From: Rhodosorus marinus CCMP1338
Taxonomy: Eukaryota > Plantae > Rhodophyta
Reading direction: 5' to 3'
DNA: 64,000 bases
Assembly (NCBI GenBank): GCA_029953675.1
Contig: JAMWBK010000003.1
Coordinates: 2,170,001-2,234,000 of the forward strand
The notes under the pieces were generated by a model. The model was given only the letters and a program-made list of their open reading frames with translations. It was not told the DNA's origin and did not search any database. The translations under genes and the position numbers were made by a program. Below, in pieces: positions 62,949 through 64,000 of the stretch. Position 1 is the first letter of the stretch; each line of letters begins with the position of its first letter.

Positions 62949-64000
62949 CCTCCAACGAAATATTTACGCGATTGCCCGTGCTCTGGTAGAGGAGTTTAAT
63001 AGTAAAAAGTGCCTCGCTCTTAATAACCGGATCACTTTCATCTGGGCAACCTGGAGCTATAATCCGATCTCGTACTTGAGTGATGACGAATATGTCCATG
63101 CAGACTACATCGGCTCGAGAGACCTGCATCCATTCGCAGAACGCCTGTAGAGGAGAAGTTTTTCCAGCGTGCGTGACTAATGCTCACGCAGTAGTCGATC
63201 AGTAGTCCAACCGCTCCCCCGACAGCTGGGCCGTTTTCTGTACGTAGTTTAAACTGACATTGTTTCCTGACTGTTCCCGAACCTGCTCAGCATTATGACA
63301 GCACTTCTGCGCAAGCTGACCTCGTGCAGTCCATGCAATACGGACAGGTTTTGTCGTAAATGTCAAGGCCCACCTACACCGGAGACCCTTGTCGGCGCAC
63401 AAGCCTCGACAGAACGGGGAAGGGTGAGCAATGGGGCAATTTTGATACAACGAGGGAATGAGACGTCGGGTCAACGTGTCCGATAAAGGGTCTAACCTTC
63501 TATACAAAACAAAACAAGAAACAAAAAACAAAAAAGCCTTCTAGCAATACGGCAGCGCTGTGCTCTTGCCCACCGTGCTTATTGCCACATTTGCACTAGA
63601 ACGACCCAAAGGACGAAAAAACTGATTCGTAAAAAATGTTGTAAAAAAGAAATTCTTAACATGGACGTAAAGAATATCAACTTGGGGATTGCGTGCTCGT
63701 TTTCACAGACACAGAAGAAAGTATGAAATCTAATAGCATTCAACTAGTTATATTTGACATCAAGCAGGTCCCCAAGAAAGCTGTTTGCGCTACTGTAACT
63801 GCGAAGCCTCTTAGCCAGTGCGATGTGTAGTCTGCTTGCTTTACGGAATTTATGGAAACACGTTCGAGAGAGGCTACACAAGGATGTGAAATCTGAGAGT
63901 CATCTCCCCACTCTCAAGAGCTAGGAAGGAGCCGCTGAGGGGGAAGGCTGCCAAGCAAACTATTGGGGCACCATGAGCCGTGGTGGTGGCCATAATTTTT

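Noticed and set aside
1-64000. tRNA, rRNA, spliceosomal snRNA genes, CRISPR arrays, transposases
   Set aside because: Visual search found no T-loop cloverleaf, no U1/U2/U5/U6 signature sequences, no regularly spaced repeats and no transposase or RT motifs; a covariance-model scan could still find divergent RNAs.

Overview
Gene-dense eukaryotic nuclear DNA. No prokaryotic operons, CRISPR array, tRNA, rRNA or recognisable transposon were found. Genes carry many short (~40-200 nt) GT-AG introns, and several proteins begin with M-x(1-3)-F-V/L plastid transit peptides typical of red algae, so the source is inferred to be an intron-rich red alga (unconfirmed). About 19 genes can be assigned to a family: ABC1 kinase/beta-lactamase fusion, TM9SF, DUF885, plastid CarB, two acyltransferases, DCTPP1, EEF1AKMT2/METTL10-like methyltransferase, Zn-ribbon+RRM, FKBP, COPA, FAD synthetase, PHO80-type cyclin, VTE6/DUF92, FtsZ, Vps60, Ded1/DDX3, U1A/U2B'', an RHD3/Sey1-like GTPase and DUF4203. 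Several orphan or small spliced ORFs are also present. Top leads: (1) an in-frame DCTPP1-methyltransferase splice fusion or dicistron; (2) a Sey1-like GTPase with a beta-strand tail in place of its transmembrane hairpin; (3) an intron-containing bacterial-type DUF885 gene; (4) a triplicated ~180-bp exon/intron cassette; (5) a hidden micro-exon gene; (6) two mutually exclusive hairpins between convergent genes. All exon structures were built by hand and no database searches were run.
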